The notes under the pieces: model-generated
The model's database searches: none
Told to the model about the DNA's origin: nothing
What the model saw: the letters and a program-made list of their open reading frames with translations, nothing else
Made by a program: the position numbers and the translations under genes
Virus record (IMG/VR): IMGVR_UViG_3300032286_001377
Coordinates: 32,001-96,000 of that record
Strand: one strand, 5' to 3'
From: a virus
DNA: 64,000 bases
Shown: one piece after another, positions 8,401-18,667 of the stretch
How positions within the stretch are numbered: the stretch's first letter is position 1
How the letters are laid out: each line of letters starts with the position of its first letter

Positions 8401-11400
8401 ATCTGGTGCCCAATAGAACTTAGCATTGCAACCAGTAGTTAAATCTACAGTATCGATTGCAGCCCTAACCCAACAAGGCTTACCTAGTAAAACTCCAGCT
8501 GCAGCATATGTAACGTCTCCAGTTAGAGACGAAACAAGTGATCCATCAGAAAATCTAAAAACTGGAAAACCAGAATTATTTACGAATAACTGATAACCAC
8601 CCATAACAGATGAACCAGATCCTTTACTTACAAAAGCCTGGGAAGCAGCAAACGTATTAAATTGCACCCGTGCGCAAATATCAATATTTCTTTCTCTCTC
8701 AATTCTAGAACCAGAACCAACCATTGTTACAGTCATAGCATTAGATGAAGACTCTACAAAAGAGCTAGAGAACTGTATTAGTCTAGTAAAATCTACATCA
8801 AGTACTTTAGTTCCGTTTATGCCGTTTCTAACTATTGCTCTAAAATATCTCCCGCCCATAGGGGAATATAGTGATGGGGCACCATTTGTTCCAATACCAA
8901 TACCAAAGGGTTGTACACTGGTATTTAAATTTCCAGTAGTATTTCCAAAAGATGTACCAATAGTTATCCATTGTGCTGCTGTTGGCTCAGCTTCTTGATC
9001 TGGGCAATAATAGAATATAACATCACCAGAAGTTGCGTTTCTTGTCGCTTTTAACCAGAGTGGAGTACCACCAACTGTTGGCCTACCAGTAGTCCAGTTT
9101 ACTGATGCGAAAAAGTTTGTAAGACTCGTTGGCGTCAATCCAAGTGCTAATGCATTAGACGTAATATACCAGTAATATTGCTGTCCATATCCCTTACCCA
9201 TAAGAATAACCGGTGAAGATGGTGACCAAACTTTTGGCGCTATCTTACAAACAAGTTCTAAATCTCCAGTAATATTTAACGCAGCATTGTCTGGCAACGT
9301 GGCGTAATTATCATAACGGAAAGTCACAGTGGTAGCAGACATAGCTGCAAGTGTTCCATTATTAATTGTTACTGTTGTTCCAGAAAGATTAGTGATAAAA
9401 GTATTTTCTGCAATAAAACCAGTAGCCATAACGCGCTGGCCTATAAAAAGATTAGAACTGCTGGCTACAACAATTGTAGTAGCGCCTACTGTAGCCTGTG
9501 TAGCTGTAGTAGTGATGGTAGTCGCATCTTGATACATATATGTAGTTCCATCAACAATCCTTGCTGCAGAACCAGTAACTGAAACTACTTTACCAGTTGA
9601 TTCTGTGAAAGATGTGGTCCCAATTCCCACTGAACCAAAGTTTGCATTAAAAACTGTTGTTCCATTAATTCCATCTTTAACTATAGCGTTATAAAATTTT
9701 CCTGCAGACATTTGAGTACCGCCATTTACGCCACTGCCAATATAAAGATTAGCACTTGTAGGGTCTATCGTTGAAGCCGCACCAGGAGGACTTGTATTTA
9801 TAAGTGTCCATTGTGCAAGAGTTGGCTCTGCTGTTTGCGTTGAATAATAAAAGGATGCTTGGCTCGTAGCGACCGAAACTGCACATCTTAACCAACCAGC
9901 TTGACCATTCGTAAAAGGTGGTGCACCTGTAGCAGTGATCACTGTTTGTCCACCAGTAGTCCACCAAACAAATTCTGGAAATCCGCTCCCTGTATTGTTA
10001 ATACGGAAAGAGTAAGCTGCGCTACTAAGGCTCCTTTTTGCTACAAGACCTTGATAGTCTAATGAAGATTTCCAGTTATCTAATGCTACCCTAACAATAA
10101 TATCGATATCACCAGCAATATTTAATGTCGATACACTTGGCGTAGATGCATAATTTCCAGAAGTACCAGGAAGGCTCAAAAATTTACTACCCTCGGTACC
10201 TAAAATATCTAACTCGCAACTAGTTCCAATACCTTCATTACGAAAGTACATAGTCGTAGATGTGAAAGCGGCAATCGTGGGATTGCTAATTGTTATAGTC
10301 GTTCCAGAAACATTAGTGACAAAAGTATTATCAGGAATAGACCCACTCAATATCGCTCGTTGCCCGACGACAATTCCGGTTGCACTAGTTACAACAATTG
10401 TAGAAGAACCAACCGTAGCCTGAGTTCCTGTAGCTTGAATCAAACCATTAAATACGTCAGTTACATAAGCATAACTATTTGGACTAGTTAATCCAGATCC
10501 AAACATATAAGTTGATCCATCAACTATTTGAGCTGATTGAGAACTAAGAATTACAGAATGTCCAGTAGAGCTAGTAAAAGATCTAGCTCCAATAGCGGCT
10601 TTAGTAAAATCAACATCTAAAACTGTTGGTCCATCAATTCCATTTTTCAATATTCCACGATAGATTTTTCCAGCCATTCTTTCGCCACCGGAGTACCCTG
10701 CGCTTTGTGTACCTGCGCCGAAACCAACGATAAATCCAGATGCCGTTGCCGCACCAATGTATCCAACAGAAGATCCAATTGAAATCCAATTAGAAGGATA
10801 AGATGTACTATCTGGTGCATAATAAAATCTCACAATACCCGTACTAGCTTCACGTGTTACTCTTAACCAAACAGTTTGACCATCACTTGGCCTTCCTGCA
10901 GCTGTAGTCCAAGTTATACCAATAGACCTTAATGTGCCACCACCCATAAAGTAAAATCCAACATTAGACGAAGAGGCAGAAAGCCAAAATTCTCCAGCAT
11001 ATCCTTTGCTCATTATGATCTGATTAGCTGGATAAGAGTTCCAGTTATCTAATGCTACACGACAAATTACTTCAATATTACCAGTAATTTTTAGCTCTGG
11101 AGAATCTGGAACATAAGCATAAGAGAATCCTGGACCTCTTGCTACTGAGAGAAAATGTTCGCTTTCAACACCTAAAATATTTAGACTATCATCAAAAGGA
11201 ACAGAAGCGTAGTTACCAGAAATTCCTGGAGTATACAAATAGTTTTCGCCAGAATGACCTAATAATACTGGCGAACCATTATATGTTGCATTTAAAGCCG
11301 CACCTCCCCACCCCTTATTTTGCATAACCGTTTCTCCAACGGTAGATTTATCTACATCCAACCAATACACAGCGTCACTAAATACAGAAAGATCATCACG

Positions 11401-11685
11401 CATAAAAAGACTGACATCACTAACATCATAACTTAAACCATCATTCAATAATGATGCCGCAGTAATGTCATCTATGTCACCAATAAAAAGCTTGACATCT
11501 TCAAGGATAGAAGAATCAATAGAATCAAGTTGATTTTTAATTCTAGTCAAATCCAACTTTAAAAAATTTGTTTCAGCGTTCTCTAATTCACTACTTCTTG
11601 GTCCGCGATATTTCATTCTATTTACTTGGAAAAGTGGTTCTTTAAATCTTTCCACTTTATCTTGATTTGTAAATGTTTTTGACAT
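5416..11685 (-). CDS. Tail fibre/adhesin with multiple nested LamG/ConA-like domains
   Basis: 2089 aa; repeated LNITGD.E..CRVA.D.W ... NGI.G..V.DV.F units and LamG end motifs WRRALTQDEI and FRKALSTAEV; short coiled-coil termini. Confidence 0.8.
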   Translation of the reverse strand: MSKTFTNQDKVERFKEPLFQVNRMKYRGPRSSELENAETNFLKLDLTRIKNQLDSIDSSILEDVKLFIGDIDDITAASLLNDGLSYDVSDVSLFMRDDLSVFSDAVYWLDVDKSTVGETVMQNKGWGGAALNATYNGSPVLLGHSGENYLYTPGISGNYASVPFDDSLNILGVESEHFLSVARGPGFSYAYVPDSPELKITGNIEVICRVALDNWNSYPANQIIMSKGYAGEFWLSASSSNVGFYFMGGGTLRSIGITWTTAAGRPSDGQTVWLRVTREASTGIVRFYYAPDSTSYPSNWISIGSSVGYIGAATASGFIVGFGAGTQSAGYSGGERMAGKIYRGILKNGIDGPTVLDVDFTKAAIGARSFTSSTGHSVILSSQSAQIVDGSTYMFGSGLTSPNSYAYVTDVFNGLIQATGTQATVGSSTIVVTSATGIVVGQRAILSGSIPDNTFVTNVSGTTITISNPTIAAFTSTTMYFRNEGIGTSCELDILGTEGSKFLSLPGTSGNYASTPSVSTLNIAGDIDIIVRVALDNWKSSLDYQGLVAKRSLSSAAYSFRINNTGSGFPEFVWWTTGGQTVITATGAPPFTNGQAGWLRCAVSVATSQASFYYSTQTAEPTLAQWTLINTSPPGAASTIDPTSANLYIGSGVNGGTQMSAGKFYNAIVKDGINGTTVFNANFGSVGIGTTSFTESTGKVVSVTGSAARIVDGTTYMYQDATTITTTATQATVGATTIVVASSSNLFIGQRVMATGFIAENTFITNLSGTTVTINNGTLAAMSATTVTFRYDNYATLPDNAALNITGDLELVCKIAPKVWSPSSPVILMGKGYGQQYYWYITSNALALGLTPTSLTNFFASVNWTTGRPTVGGTPLWLKATRNATSGDVIFYYCPDQEAEPTAAQWITIGTSFGNTTGNLNTSVQPFGIGIGTNGAPSLYSPMGGRYFRAIVRNGINGTKVLDVDFTRLIQFSSSFVESSSNAMTVTMVGSGSRIERERNIDICARVQFNTFAASQAFVSKGSGSSVMGGYQLFVNNSGFPVFRFSDGSLVSSLTGDVTYAAAGVLLGKPCWVRAAIDTVDLTTGCNAKFYWAPDQPSEPTTWIQIGSTISGSGNSTGNISLGVNSEQLAIGAYYSGAADAFSGKIFNVIIKNGIGGSEVVNVNFTRQLQFCSSFMESSFNAYSVGILNNARIERNRDIEFVCRVAADDWTPATEQYFFGKYNTHATGPYANQRSFALSILDTGRLNVRIAPDGAGGSLLSKSSPSIPPFVDKTTYWIKVTVDVDNGTGGNDVCFYYAEDQVDEPTVWTQIGGPVTTANITSISPNTSFLEIGGIYGIGNVNSNTGPFAGKVFRTIVRNGIGGATVSDVNFTKAISSGSQKIIDLPTVTKNSVDKPLYLQNLGSGGAVLNARPGATFGPDNTAAITANSTSTTDPKWLAHTGENYLYIPGVSGNRADVAFNAAFNVTGDMELVCRVAIDDWTSGLNHTLIERESTDPNRGFTFMVTGVGKLLLKWFPTGSNSTLMARESTVPGNFVDGKAYWLKVTIDVDNGLGGHDLKFYYAEDQTTEPTSWVQLGSTVSQLGVTAFPVLASSPGVVIGGNANTVAAGKFYRAIWRNGIGGTKVFDINFATSLSSTVQSTFTESANNITVTITRGTSGKKTVAVCRPCWLFGSNSYMEIADNANLDFSYTESVSVVAVVRQWGTAASYGRYICKGGGAAAQGWSLSNDTTSVSPGFFIGDGTNAANQTGPAVTAGAFSVFGGIVNRSNNTIKTFSNNTFSATSPTTTIGNLSNGNTVRIGVNGGASLSNYQDFEFYAGLIFRKALSTAEVALINAHYSGTITAASTALLKEAVFYLDAANPTQAGAIVRSNTNKKTVAVTRPTLLMGGGTTWLETPDNSLLDFGIKDSYTIFFSARFWNNIAGYSRLLSKGDNQTNPGYEIMTNASDNSVMLNVKGNLSGQVGGSTTTPSKTFIENATNYIFVHDVTSDSFSVYVNGTFDNKATDVSVGSLANSYPLRVGARSDVTSGVDFEFFGAAIWRRALTQDEIQEIANYYQLNGTIVKVDTMNKLSAQLARILKTVQRLESGL

Positions 11686-11694
11686 TCTACCTCT

Positions 11695-13836
11695 TTACGA
11701 TACATCGTTATGTTTAAATTTAATTCTTATTGCGTCCAAGATAGGAGTTTGAAGTGGATTAGAGTATCTATTAAAATCTACACGATATCTAACAGCACTA
11801 ACTTCCTGAGACTTATCTGAATAGTACTTCAAAATACTTCTTTTAGAAATTTCTTTTGAAGCCAAAAGATATTTAGAACCATAAAATGAATCTATAGTGA
11901 AAACATTTAAACTTGAATCAACTTTATTTCTAAATTCAATAGGATCTAAATATGAAAAATATTCCATAAATACTGTACCATAATCAAACAAGTTTGCTCC
12001 AACCATTAGATCTAGACTTACTCGGTCATTAGAACTATTATCATAAGCAAAAGTTATAGTATTAATACCTTTAACAAATTTCCATTCTAATCTAGAAACC
12101 GTTTGTCCAGATGGAAGCTCGCCAATAATTGTACCATTTAAATATATAGAAAGATTAAAAGTACCAATTTTAGTAATAGTATGAGATACAGTTCTTTCCT
12201 CACTTGATAAAAGCTTAGTTTCAATTAATTCAGAACAAGGGCCAGAAAAAGCTGAAGTAAAAGATGACGAATAATTTGTAAAAATAGTTTTTCTTAATTC
12301 TAAATATGTTGAATCATTAATAATCTCAGCCCAACCCTGTAAAGAATTTGACAAATTCGAACTAACACTACTAAGCGATGGAATTGAATAAGATTGAAAA
12401 TTATTCAGACCAGAAATAACATAAGGTTGCAAATATGTAGTCGTATCACTCAAAGACGCCACACGATATGCCTCCCTATCCGAAAAAGGTAAAGTAATAG
12501 GATTTAATTCGTTTGCATTAGGTGAGGTATTATTAAGTGGAATCAAAACATAATCAACATCGAGGGTATCATCAGCTATATCTATATATTCAGAAACTGC
12601 ACTAGAACCAACTAGTGAAACTACATTTGGGATTGCTCCCGCATCAGAACTACTAGGCTCAATTGGTATCCAACTAAAATCATACACCCCGACAGCTGAC
12701 TCTGAGTCGACTGCAACATAATAAGATAAACTTGTACCTGAAACAGTTTGCTGCTTAGCGTCAAGTGCAACTGAACTAATAGATAGTAAACTATTATCGG
12801 AAATCGGAATAGATATAGGCTTGGATATTAACGTAGCTCTTTCATCGTAGTAATCTGCACCGATAGAAAGCTCTCTAAAACCAAACGTATAAACATATGG
12901 TGCAGTAGTGCTTTGCACTACTTTGTCTGGTTCTTCTTTATATAAAGTCAAATAGATTGCACTATATGAATCATTAGGTAACAAAAATGCAAATCTATTA
13001 TAATCTTCCTTAGAAGTTTTGCTACGTATAACTTCTGGTTTATCAGCAGAAACTGGAACAGCTTTCATAAAAATAGAACAAGGGGATTGGCTTAAAATTG
13101 AACCCTGTATTTTAGATATACTAAATCCAGTATTAATTGGAATATTAAAAGTAATAGAAGCTATACCTGGAGCATCAGAAGTGTGATCGTGAGACCAATA
13201 GGTGTCATTTAGCCCATCAAAAACGGCATCAAAGTTAGATACAGTAGTTGGACCATATACGATTGAATTATTAAACGTTACAGTAGCTTTCACATTAGAT
13301 AAAATCATTGATTTAGTTGTTATCTGATTAGATATTTCCGAAGTAACTTTTGGAATAGTCACATGATTATTAATAATATCAACAAACGCAGAAGTTTTTT
13401 CTAGATCAATAAAAGTTGTATTAGAAAAATTTTCTAAATAAGAATAGAAAAATCCGTCAGAGTTTGCATTGGCGAAAAGAAGTTGATCTATTTTAGATTC
13501 AATTTCTTTTCTTTTAGCTCTTAAATTATCAAGCTTCATATTCAAAGCATTAACGACAGAAAAAATTTGTTCATTATTTTCCATTACACAATCATACAAT
13601 GTTTCTAAATTCAATAAAGTATTTATCATCACCTCATTTAAAGCATGATGGCTAACAGTATTAGTGGACTGTATCCTATCTACATCAATTGAAACTGGTT
13701 CGCCTAATTTGTTATAAGAAAAATATTGATTATAAAGTTTTTTAATTTCATGATCAGATGGCTTATTTCCCGTAGAATAAAATAACTTATAAATATTATA
13801 GAGAAATTTTCTTTTTTGAACTGTTGAAATATTCAT
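11695..13836 (-). CDS. Virion structural protein (fibre-like paralog family)
   Basis: 713 aa; N-terminal coiled coil (LNMKLDNLRAKRKEIESKIDQL), discoidin-like AVFDGLNDTYW, YVYTFGFREL, C-terminal TPIL. Confidence 0.65.
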   Translation of the reverse strand: MNISTVQKRKFLYNIYKLFYSTGNKPSDHEIKKLYNQYFSYNKLGEPVSIDVDRIQSTNTVSHHALNEVMINTLLNLETLYDCVMENNEQIFSVVNALNMKLDNLRAKRKEIESKIDQLLFANANSDGFFYSYLENFSNTTFIDLEKTSAFVDIINNHVTIPKVTSEISNQITTKSMILSNVKATVTFNNSIVYGPTTVSNFDAVFDGLNDTYWSHDHTSDAPGIASITFNIPINTGFSISKIQGSILSQSPCSIFMKAVPVSADKPEVIRSKTSKEDYNRFAFLLPNDSYSAIYLTLYKEEPDKVVQSTTAPYVYTFGFRELSIGADYYDERATLISKPISIPISDNSLLSISSVALDAKQQTVSGTSLSYYVAVDSESAVGVYDFSWIPIEPSSSDAGAIPNVVSLVGSSAVSEYIDIADDTLDVDYVLIPLNNTSPNANELNPITLPFSDREAYRVASLSDTTTYLQPYVISGLNNFQSYSIPSLSSVSSNLSNSLQGWAEIINDSTYLELRKTIFTNYSSSFTSAFSGPCSELIETKLLSSEERTVSHTITKIGTFNLSIYLNGTIIGELPSGQTVSRLEWKFVKGINTITFAYDNSSNDRVSLDLMVGANLFDYGTVFMEYFSYLDPIEFRNKVDSSLNVFTIDSFYGSKYLLASKEISKRSILKYYSDKSQEVSAVRYRVDFNRYSNPLQTPILDAIRIKFKHNDVS

Positions 13837-16037
13837 CTCTTTTTTACCTTTGCTATCAATTTATAAGAATAAACTACAGGAGTAATATTATAATTTCTAT
13901 CTTTAAACATTTGTATCTTAACTTTTACCGAGTTTATTTCAGTTGGAACTTCTGGATAATTGATATACGCAACACCTGGTATTTGATAGTTTATCGGGAT
14001 ATTTTTATTAAAAACCAAAACTTCAGCTATACCATTAGCTGATAGCTGAACAGGAGAAATTTGAATCCAGCTAGAATCATTAACTGATATAAAATAATTT
14101 AAAATTACTTTATCACTATATGAATTATCTACATTAGTTTCAGAAGAAATCATCAAAGATTCAATAGGAGTATCAAAATTATAAGAAGTAGAAACAACTT
14201 CTGCAGCATCTGCGTATGTTTCGTATGTAAAAGAAATATCTCTAATACCAATAGATTTCCTTTTTGCTTTATATAGCTCCTTTTCTAATGTGATTGGAAC
14301 AGAATAGCCAAGCACTTGAGTGACAGCAGTGTAAGTTACAGGCTCTATAACAATATCGCTAAATCTATATGTATTATACCCTGTAGTTGCCGTTCCATTA
14401 GGAAGACTGGCAAGATAGCTATTTACTGAAGCTAAATCATCAACAAGTTCTGCGGAACTAGGCGCATACTTTGCCGAACCAGCTAACTGAACATCGCCTG
14501 CAGATGGCTCAAACAAAGAGGCTGTATCAGGAACCCAAACAAATGATCTATTACTTCCACTTCCAATAAAATTATAAAAGTAAACTTTTGTTGAATTAGG
14601 CGAACCATTAACATAAGTTTTCATACTGATAGCATAAGCATCATATCTGACTGGCTTTTTCTTTAATCTAACTCTAACAACTTTAGAAATTCTATCTTTA
14701 TCTTTAAACTCATTAGGATTAGTTATCTGCGGAACAAGCGAATATTTATCATACTCAATTAACTCATAAACATCCGAACTAAACGCGCTCGGATTAAATC
14801 TAGATAAACCATAAAATGGAGAATCAATGCCTTGATTTGTTTGATAATTAGGCTTCCAATACGCATGAAGAATATCTACATCTTGATAAGCGTCTTGCTC
14901 AATGCTGACTTCAAACTTCAAAACTCTTAATTCAGAAAATCTAATTGTTGCTTTATTATAAAAATAATTATTTGCTATTTGCAAATTAAGCGGAGAAAAA
15001 GAAGAACCGACATATATCGTACCATTAAGAACTTCAGTAACATCACCATTTTGAAGAGTAGCTTTAACTGAAGTAACCTTGATTAAGCCCGTTGATCCAA
15101 AATAAGGTAAAATTGTAAAAGTATTAGCTAAGGTTGGTGCACCACATTCAAAGATCAAACTAAGCTTAACAGGATTAGACATATCAAAAGAGGACCAATC
15201 AATAAGTTCTCCTTCCGTTTTTCCAGCTACAACTTTTCTATTAGAAAGATAACCAAACTCATCATTTGATATGACAGCGCTATTAACAGCAGCGTTGCTT
15301 GACCTGTCAACATTAATTGCATCATACTCGAAATAAGTTAAAGGATTCTCATCACCTATTCCAGAAAGAGAAGCCAAAGTTCTGTTTGATTTATATATAT
15401 ATTCATAAACTTCTGTCTGATCTGAATTGACAGACTTAACTACCTGATGATTATTTCCAAGAAACCCATTAGATACAGACTGATTAATCTTTATAGACCT
15501 AGGAGACCAAGGTCTAATTCTTGATATCGGTAGTGTAAAAGATCCATTCTCAATATTGGGATTCATCCCAACAGGAATCAAACTTACATTTACTTGATCC
15601 TGATTATCAAAAGAATCACCCAAATAAACCAGATCATCAGCTGGTGCTTGAGAATACATTTGCAAAATTTTAGCTTTAGAAGAAATTCTTTCTAAATAAT
15701 TTTTCTCAGCTTCTATTTCTTGTACAAAAAGATTATACGCATTAACAGTCTTAGCATTCAAATAGTCTAACTGCTTAGATACAAGCGCAAAATCATTTCC
15801 AACAGATGCAGAAAAGGAATTATATTTACTAGATGTAGGAGGCTCTCCCTTTATATAAGGGACAAATTGAGTAACAGGACCTCCTACTGTCTCATATATA
15901 TCTGAGACAAGTTTTTTATATTCTTCAATTTTTTGTTGATTAGTTGCAAATTGATTTCTAACTTCTTTTGAAAAATAGTCTCTTACCTTTAAGTAAACTT
16001 GATCATAGGTTAAAGTATTGGAAGATATTTGAGTCAT
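13833..16037 (-). CDS. Virion structural protein (fibre-like paralog family)
   Basis: 734 aa; GEPPTSSKYN...DF coiled-coil start, IGDENPLTYF, SIGIRDI, C-terminal TPVV; ATGA overlap with the next gene. Confidence 0.65.
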   Translation of the reverse strand: MTQISSNTLTYDQVYLKVRDYFSKEVRNQFATNQQKIEEYKKLVSDIYETVGGPVTQFVPYIKGEPPTSSKYNSFSASVGNDFALVSKQLDYLNAKTVNAYNLFVQEIEAEKNYLERISSKAKILQMYSQAPADDLVYLGDSFDNQDQVNVSLIPVGMNPNIENGSFTLPISRIRPWSPRSIKINQSVSNGFLGNNHQVVKSVNSDQTEVYEYIYKSNRTLASLSGIGDENPLTYFEYDAINVDRSSNAAVNSAVISNDEFGYLSNRKVVAGKTEGELIDWSSFDMSNPVKLSLIFECGAPTLANTFTILPYFGSTGLIKVTSVKATLQNGDVTEVLNGTIYVGSSFSPLNLQIANNYFYNKATIRFSELRVLKFEVSIEQDAYQDVDILHAYWKPNYQTNQGIDSPFYGLSRFNPSAFSSDVYELIEYDKYSLVPQITNPNEFKDKDRISKVVRVRLKKKPVRYDAYAISMKTYVNGSPNSTKVYFYNFIGSGSNRSFVWVPDTASLFEPSAGDVQLAGSAKYAPSSAELVDDLASVNSYLASLPNGTATTGYNTYRFSDIVIEPVTYTAVTQVLGYSVPITLEKELYKAKRKSIGIRDISFTYETYADAAEVVSTSYNFDTPIESLMISSETNVDNSYSDKVILNYFISVNDSSWIQISPVQLSANGIAEVLVFNKNIPINYQIPGVAYINYPEVPTEINSVKVKIQMFKDRNYNITPVVYSYKLIAKVKKR

Positions 16038-16053
16038 TGAATTCCTATCCTAA

Positions 16054-18666
16054 TCAAACTTTTGAAATATAATTAAGTTTATCATAATATGGATCAAAGT
16101 AAGTTGTTTTCATTTTTAACAAAACTGAATCAGCTCTACCAGGTATGTCTAAATTAAGTATATTTTTTCTCATAATAAATCTAAATCTTAAACTATATGG
16201 AACATACTCATAATATACTGTAAAAGATGAATTTAAAGCTTTGTTAAAAGTAATGTTTTTTCCATTTTGAAAGAATTGAACCACATTAGAAGAAGTAGAA
16301 AATCCTGTATCTTGAGCAGAATTTGTATAATTTGTTAAATTTGTAGCAAAACTTCCATCAGACAATTTGATTTTAATTGGGCTATATCCAGATGCGTTAT
16401 CCGATTGGAATATAGTACCAAAATATTTATCGTATCTAGAGTTCTCTGCAAACGTTTTATTAATATACGGTGTAAAATCTAACGCAATCGTAGCATCAGA
16501 ATTTGTTCTACTAAAAATTTGTCCTAGTCCATTATTATTTCTATATTGCTTAATTGATTCATTGTAAAGATTTCTTTTAACAAAATCTAATTCATAAGGA
16601 TTATATATTGACGAATCAATTTCATAATAAACGCAAAATATGCTGTTCCCAGAATAAACTGACTCTTCGGTGAGTTTTAATTTTCCATTTGAAACACTAT
16701 AAGAATATTTAGATGGATTAACAATCATTCCATCTTTATACAACAATATAGAATCAGGCCTTGGAGGAAATCTTAATGCTGAAGTAAGATCTGTTATATC
16801 AAAAAAAATAATTTCTGAATCTATTATTGTCTGATTATTAAAAGCTAAAGGAATCCAATCTGACTCTAAGCTAGGAAAATCACTATTGGAAACTGATAAT
16901 TCATATGATGTTAAATTTTTTAAATCATAATTAGTATCAGTAGATAGATTGGAATTTGCTAATTCAACTTTTGCCTTAACACCTAAGATCTGTCCATCTG
17001 TAGGAATTTTTTTACTTATAAAACAAGCCTTATATGTATTAGATGCATTAGTATTAATAAAATCAATAGACTTCAACGAGAAAGAATATTCATAAGAATC
17101 AGATGGTTCATTGACCAACAAGTTCTTAATAGCATTAACAACTGTACCACTTCCGATATTGCCACTATAAAACTGGTGACGTGGATCATCAATTGAAGTA
17201 GTCTCTCTGTTAGCCAAAAACCCTGGATGATCCATAAAGATTGAACGCATACTAGTTGAATTAGAATTAATAAAAAAGTTAGAATTAAATATTCTAGTAT
17301 CTGCACCAACTGCAGACATCATATTTTTAATAAGATCTATAAAAATAGGAGAATTTATAAAAAGTGGATTATCTTCTTTTGAAAAAGAGGAAGATTTAAA
17401 TAACTCATTTTTAACTTTTGTAGCATAGGCGTGAAGTTCCTGAGGAAACCTGTATGAATAATATTCTATATCTTTTGTTTTATTCTGCTTGATTCCATCA
17501 ATAGAAAAGTTTCTATTAAAATACCAATATGACATATCTTGTATCTTACTAAAAGATTCTCTTCTTTCTTTCAATCTCTGCCCAACAAAAGAGTTTAAAA
17601 CCTTAGAATTTAATTCTGATACTACAGCATCTTTCTTAGCACGCGAGTAAGTTGATTGATTAAATATAAAAATAATCTTATTAACAACACTTTTCTCAAA
17701 ACTGAACTCAATAGAACTAGATAAAACTTTACTAGAATTTAAAAGAAGCTTATAAGATGCTGAAGAATTAGCTCCAGCTGCGTAATTCGTTACTGGATTA
17801 AAAACAACTACCTGCAAAAGCTGAAAATCATTACCAAGATTAGGATTAAATTTTATTGTATCCATCTCAATAGATGAGTTAAATTCAACTTCAACTGCTG
17901 TCTGCGCTCCTTTGATTGACGAAACATCGTAATTAAAATATTCAGAATACTTACTCAATAAGGCATCAAGGACTATAGGACTCTTTACTGTCACGCTCCA
18001 AGAATCGAACAGGTTGTCATTAAAAAGATTTTTAAAATCACTATCATTTGTTATGTATGATGAATAATTATTTTCAATTTTAATTGATTTAATTGCCCTA
18101 ATAACATTAATGTCAGACTGTGCCGATCCTATCTTAAGTGTTCCGCTCTTAGAGTCAATGAAGGCTCCGCCGTTAGCTGGAAAGTTAACACTATCTCTAT
18201 CTACTAAAGGTAGATCATATCCATCATATTTGTAATCACTAGAATTATTATCAAATTTCTCTAAATAGTTTGCATTATATAAATCATCTTTGCCTGATAT
18301 AAATTCATAATTATCAATAAATAATTGAAGATTTTGAATATCATTTTCAACTTTTTCAATCTCTGAACCCAATATAGATACCATTGAATCTAAAACTATA
18401 CTATTGGCATTTGCAGCATTATATAGCTGTTTCATCCTTGCAGAAGAATCTCGAAAAAGATCAACAATCGCTTCCTTACGAAGAGGTCCATCTGCAATAA
18501 CTTGAGAAGTAGAAAAATCATTGAATCTAGAACTACCAGCTAACTTTGACATTAAAGAAGTAAAGTCAGCTTTATCTACTTTCATCTCATTGATAAGTTG
18601 TGAAACTTTTACTCTACTTGATCCGAAAAATGTGTTAATTGAATTGTTCAATGTGGTGTTCAGCAT
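16054..18666 (-). CDS. Virion structural protein (fibre-like paralog family)
   Basis: ORF 16054-18687; ATG at 18666, just after the upstream stop, is the likelier start; coiled coil, LFNDNLFDSW, YEYSFSLKSI. Confidence 0.65.
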   Translation of the reverse strand: MLNTTLNNSINTFFGSSRVKVSQLINEMKVDKADFTSLMSKLAGSSRFNDFSTSQVIADGPLRKEAIVDLFRDSSARMKQLYNAANANSIVLDSMVSILGSEIEKVENDIQNLQLFIDNYEFISGKDDLYNANYLEKFDNNSSDYKYDGYDLPLVDRDSVNFPANGGAFIDSKSGTLKIGSAQSDINVIRAIKSIKIENNYSSYITNDSDFKNLFNDNLFDSWSVTVKSPIVLDALLSKYSEYFNYDVSSIKGAQTAVEVEFNSSIEMDTIKFNPNLGNDFQLLQVVVFNPVTNYAAGANSSASYKLLLNSSKVLSSSIEFSFEKSVVNKIIFIFNQSTYSRAKKDAVVSELNSKVLNSFVGQRLKERRESFSKIQDMSYWYFNRNFSIDGIKQNKTKDIEYYSYRFPQELHAYATKVKNELFKSSSFSKEDNPLFINSPIFIDLIKNMMSAVGADTRIFNSNFFINSNSTSMRSIFMDHPGFLANRETTSIDDPRHQFYSGNIGSGTVVNAIKNLLVNEPSDSYEYSFSLKSIDFINTNASNTYKACFISKKIPTDGQILGVKAKVELANSNLSTDTNYDLKNLTSYELSVSNSDFPSLESDWIPLAFNNQTIIDSEIIFFDITDLTSALRFPPRPDSILLYKDGMIVNPSKYSYSVSNGKLKLTEESVYSGNSIFCVYYEIDSSIYNPYELDFVKRNLYNESIKQYRNNNGLGQIFSRTNSDATIALDFTPYINKTFAENSRYDKYFGTIFQSDNASGYSPIKIKLSDGSFATNLTNYTNSAQDTGFSTSSNVVQFFQNGKNITFNKALNSSFTVYYEYVPYSLRFRFIMRKNILNLDIPGRADSVLLKMKTTYFDPYYDKLNYISKV

Positions 18667-18667
18667 A

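Noticed and set aside
10070-11058. DGR template/variable repeat
   Set aside because: Only a 20-nt exact repeat from domain duplication; no adenine-specific variation and no reverse transcriptase in the window
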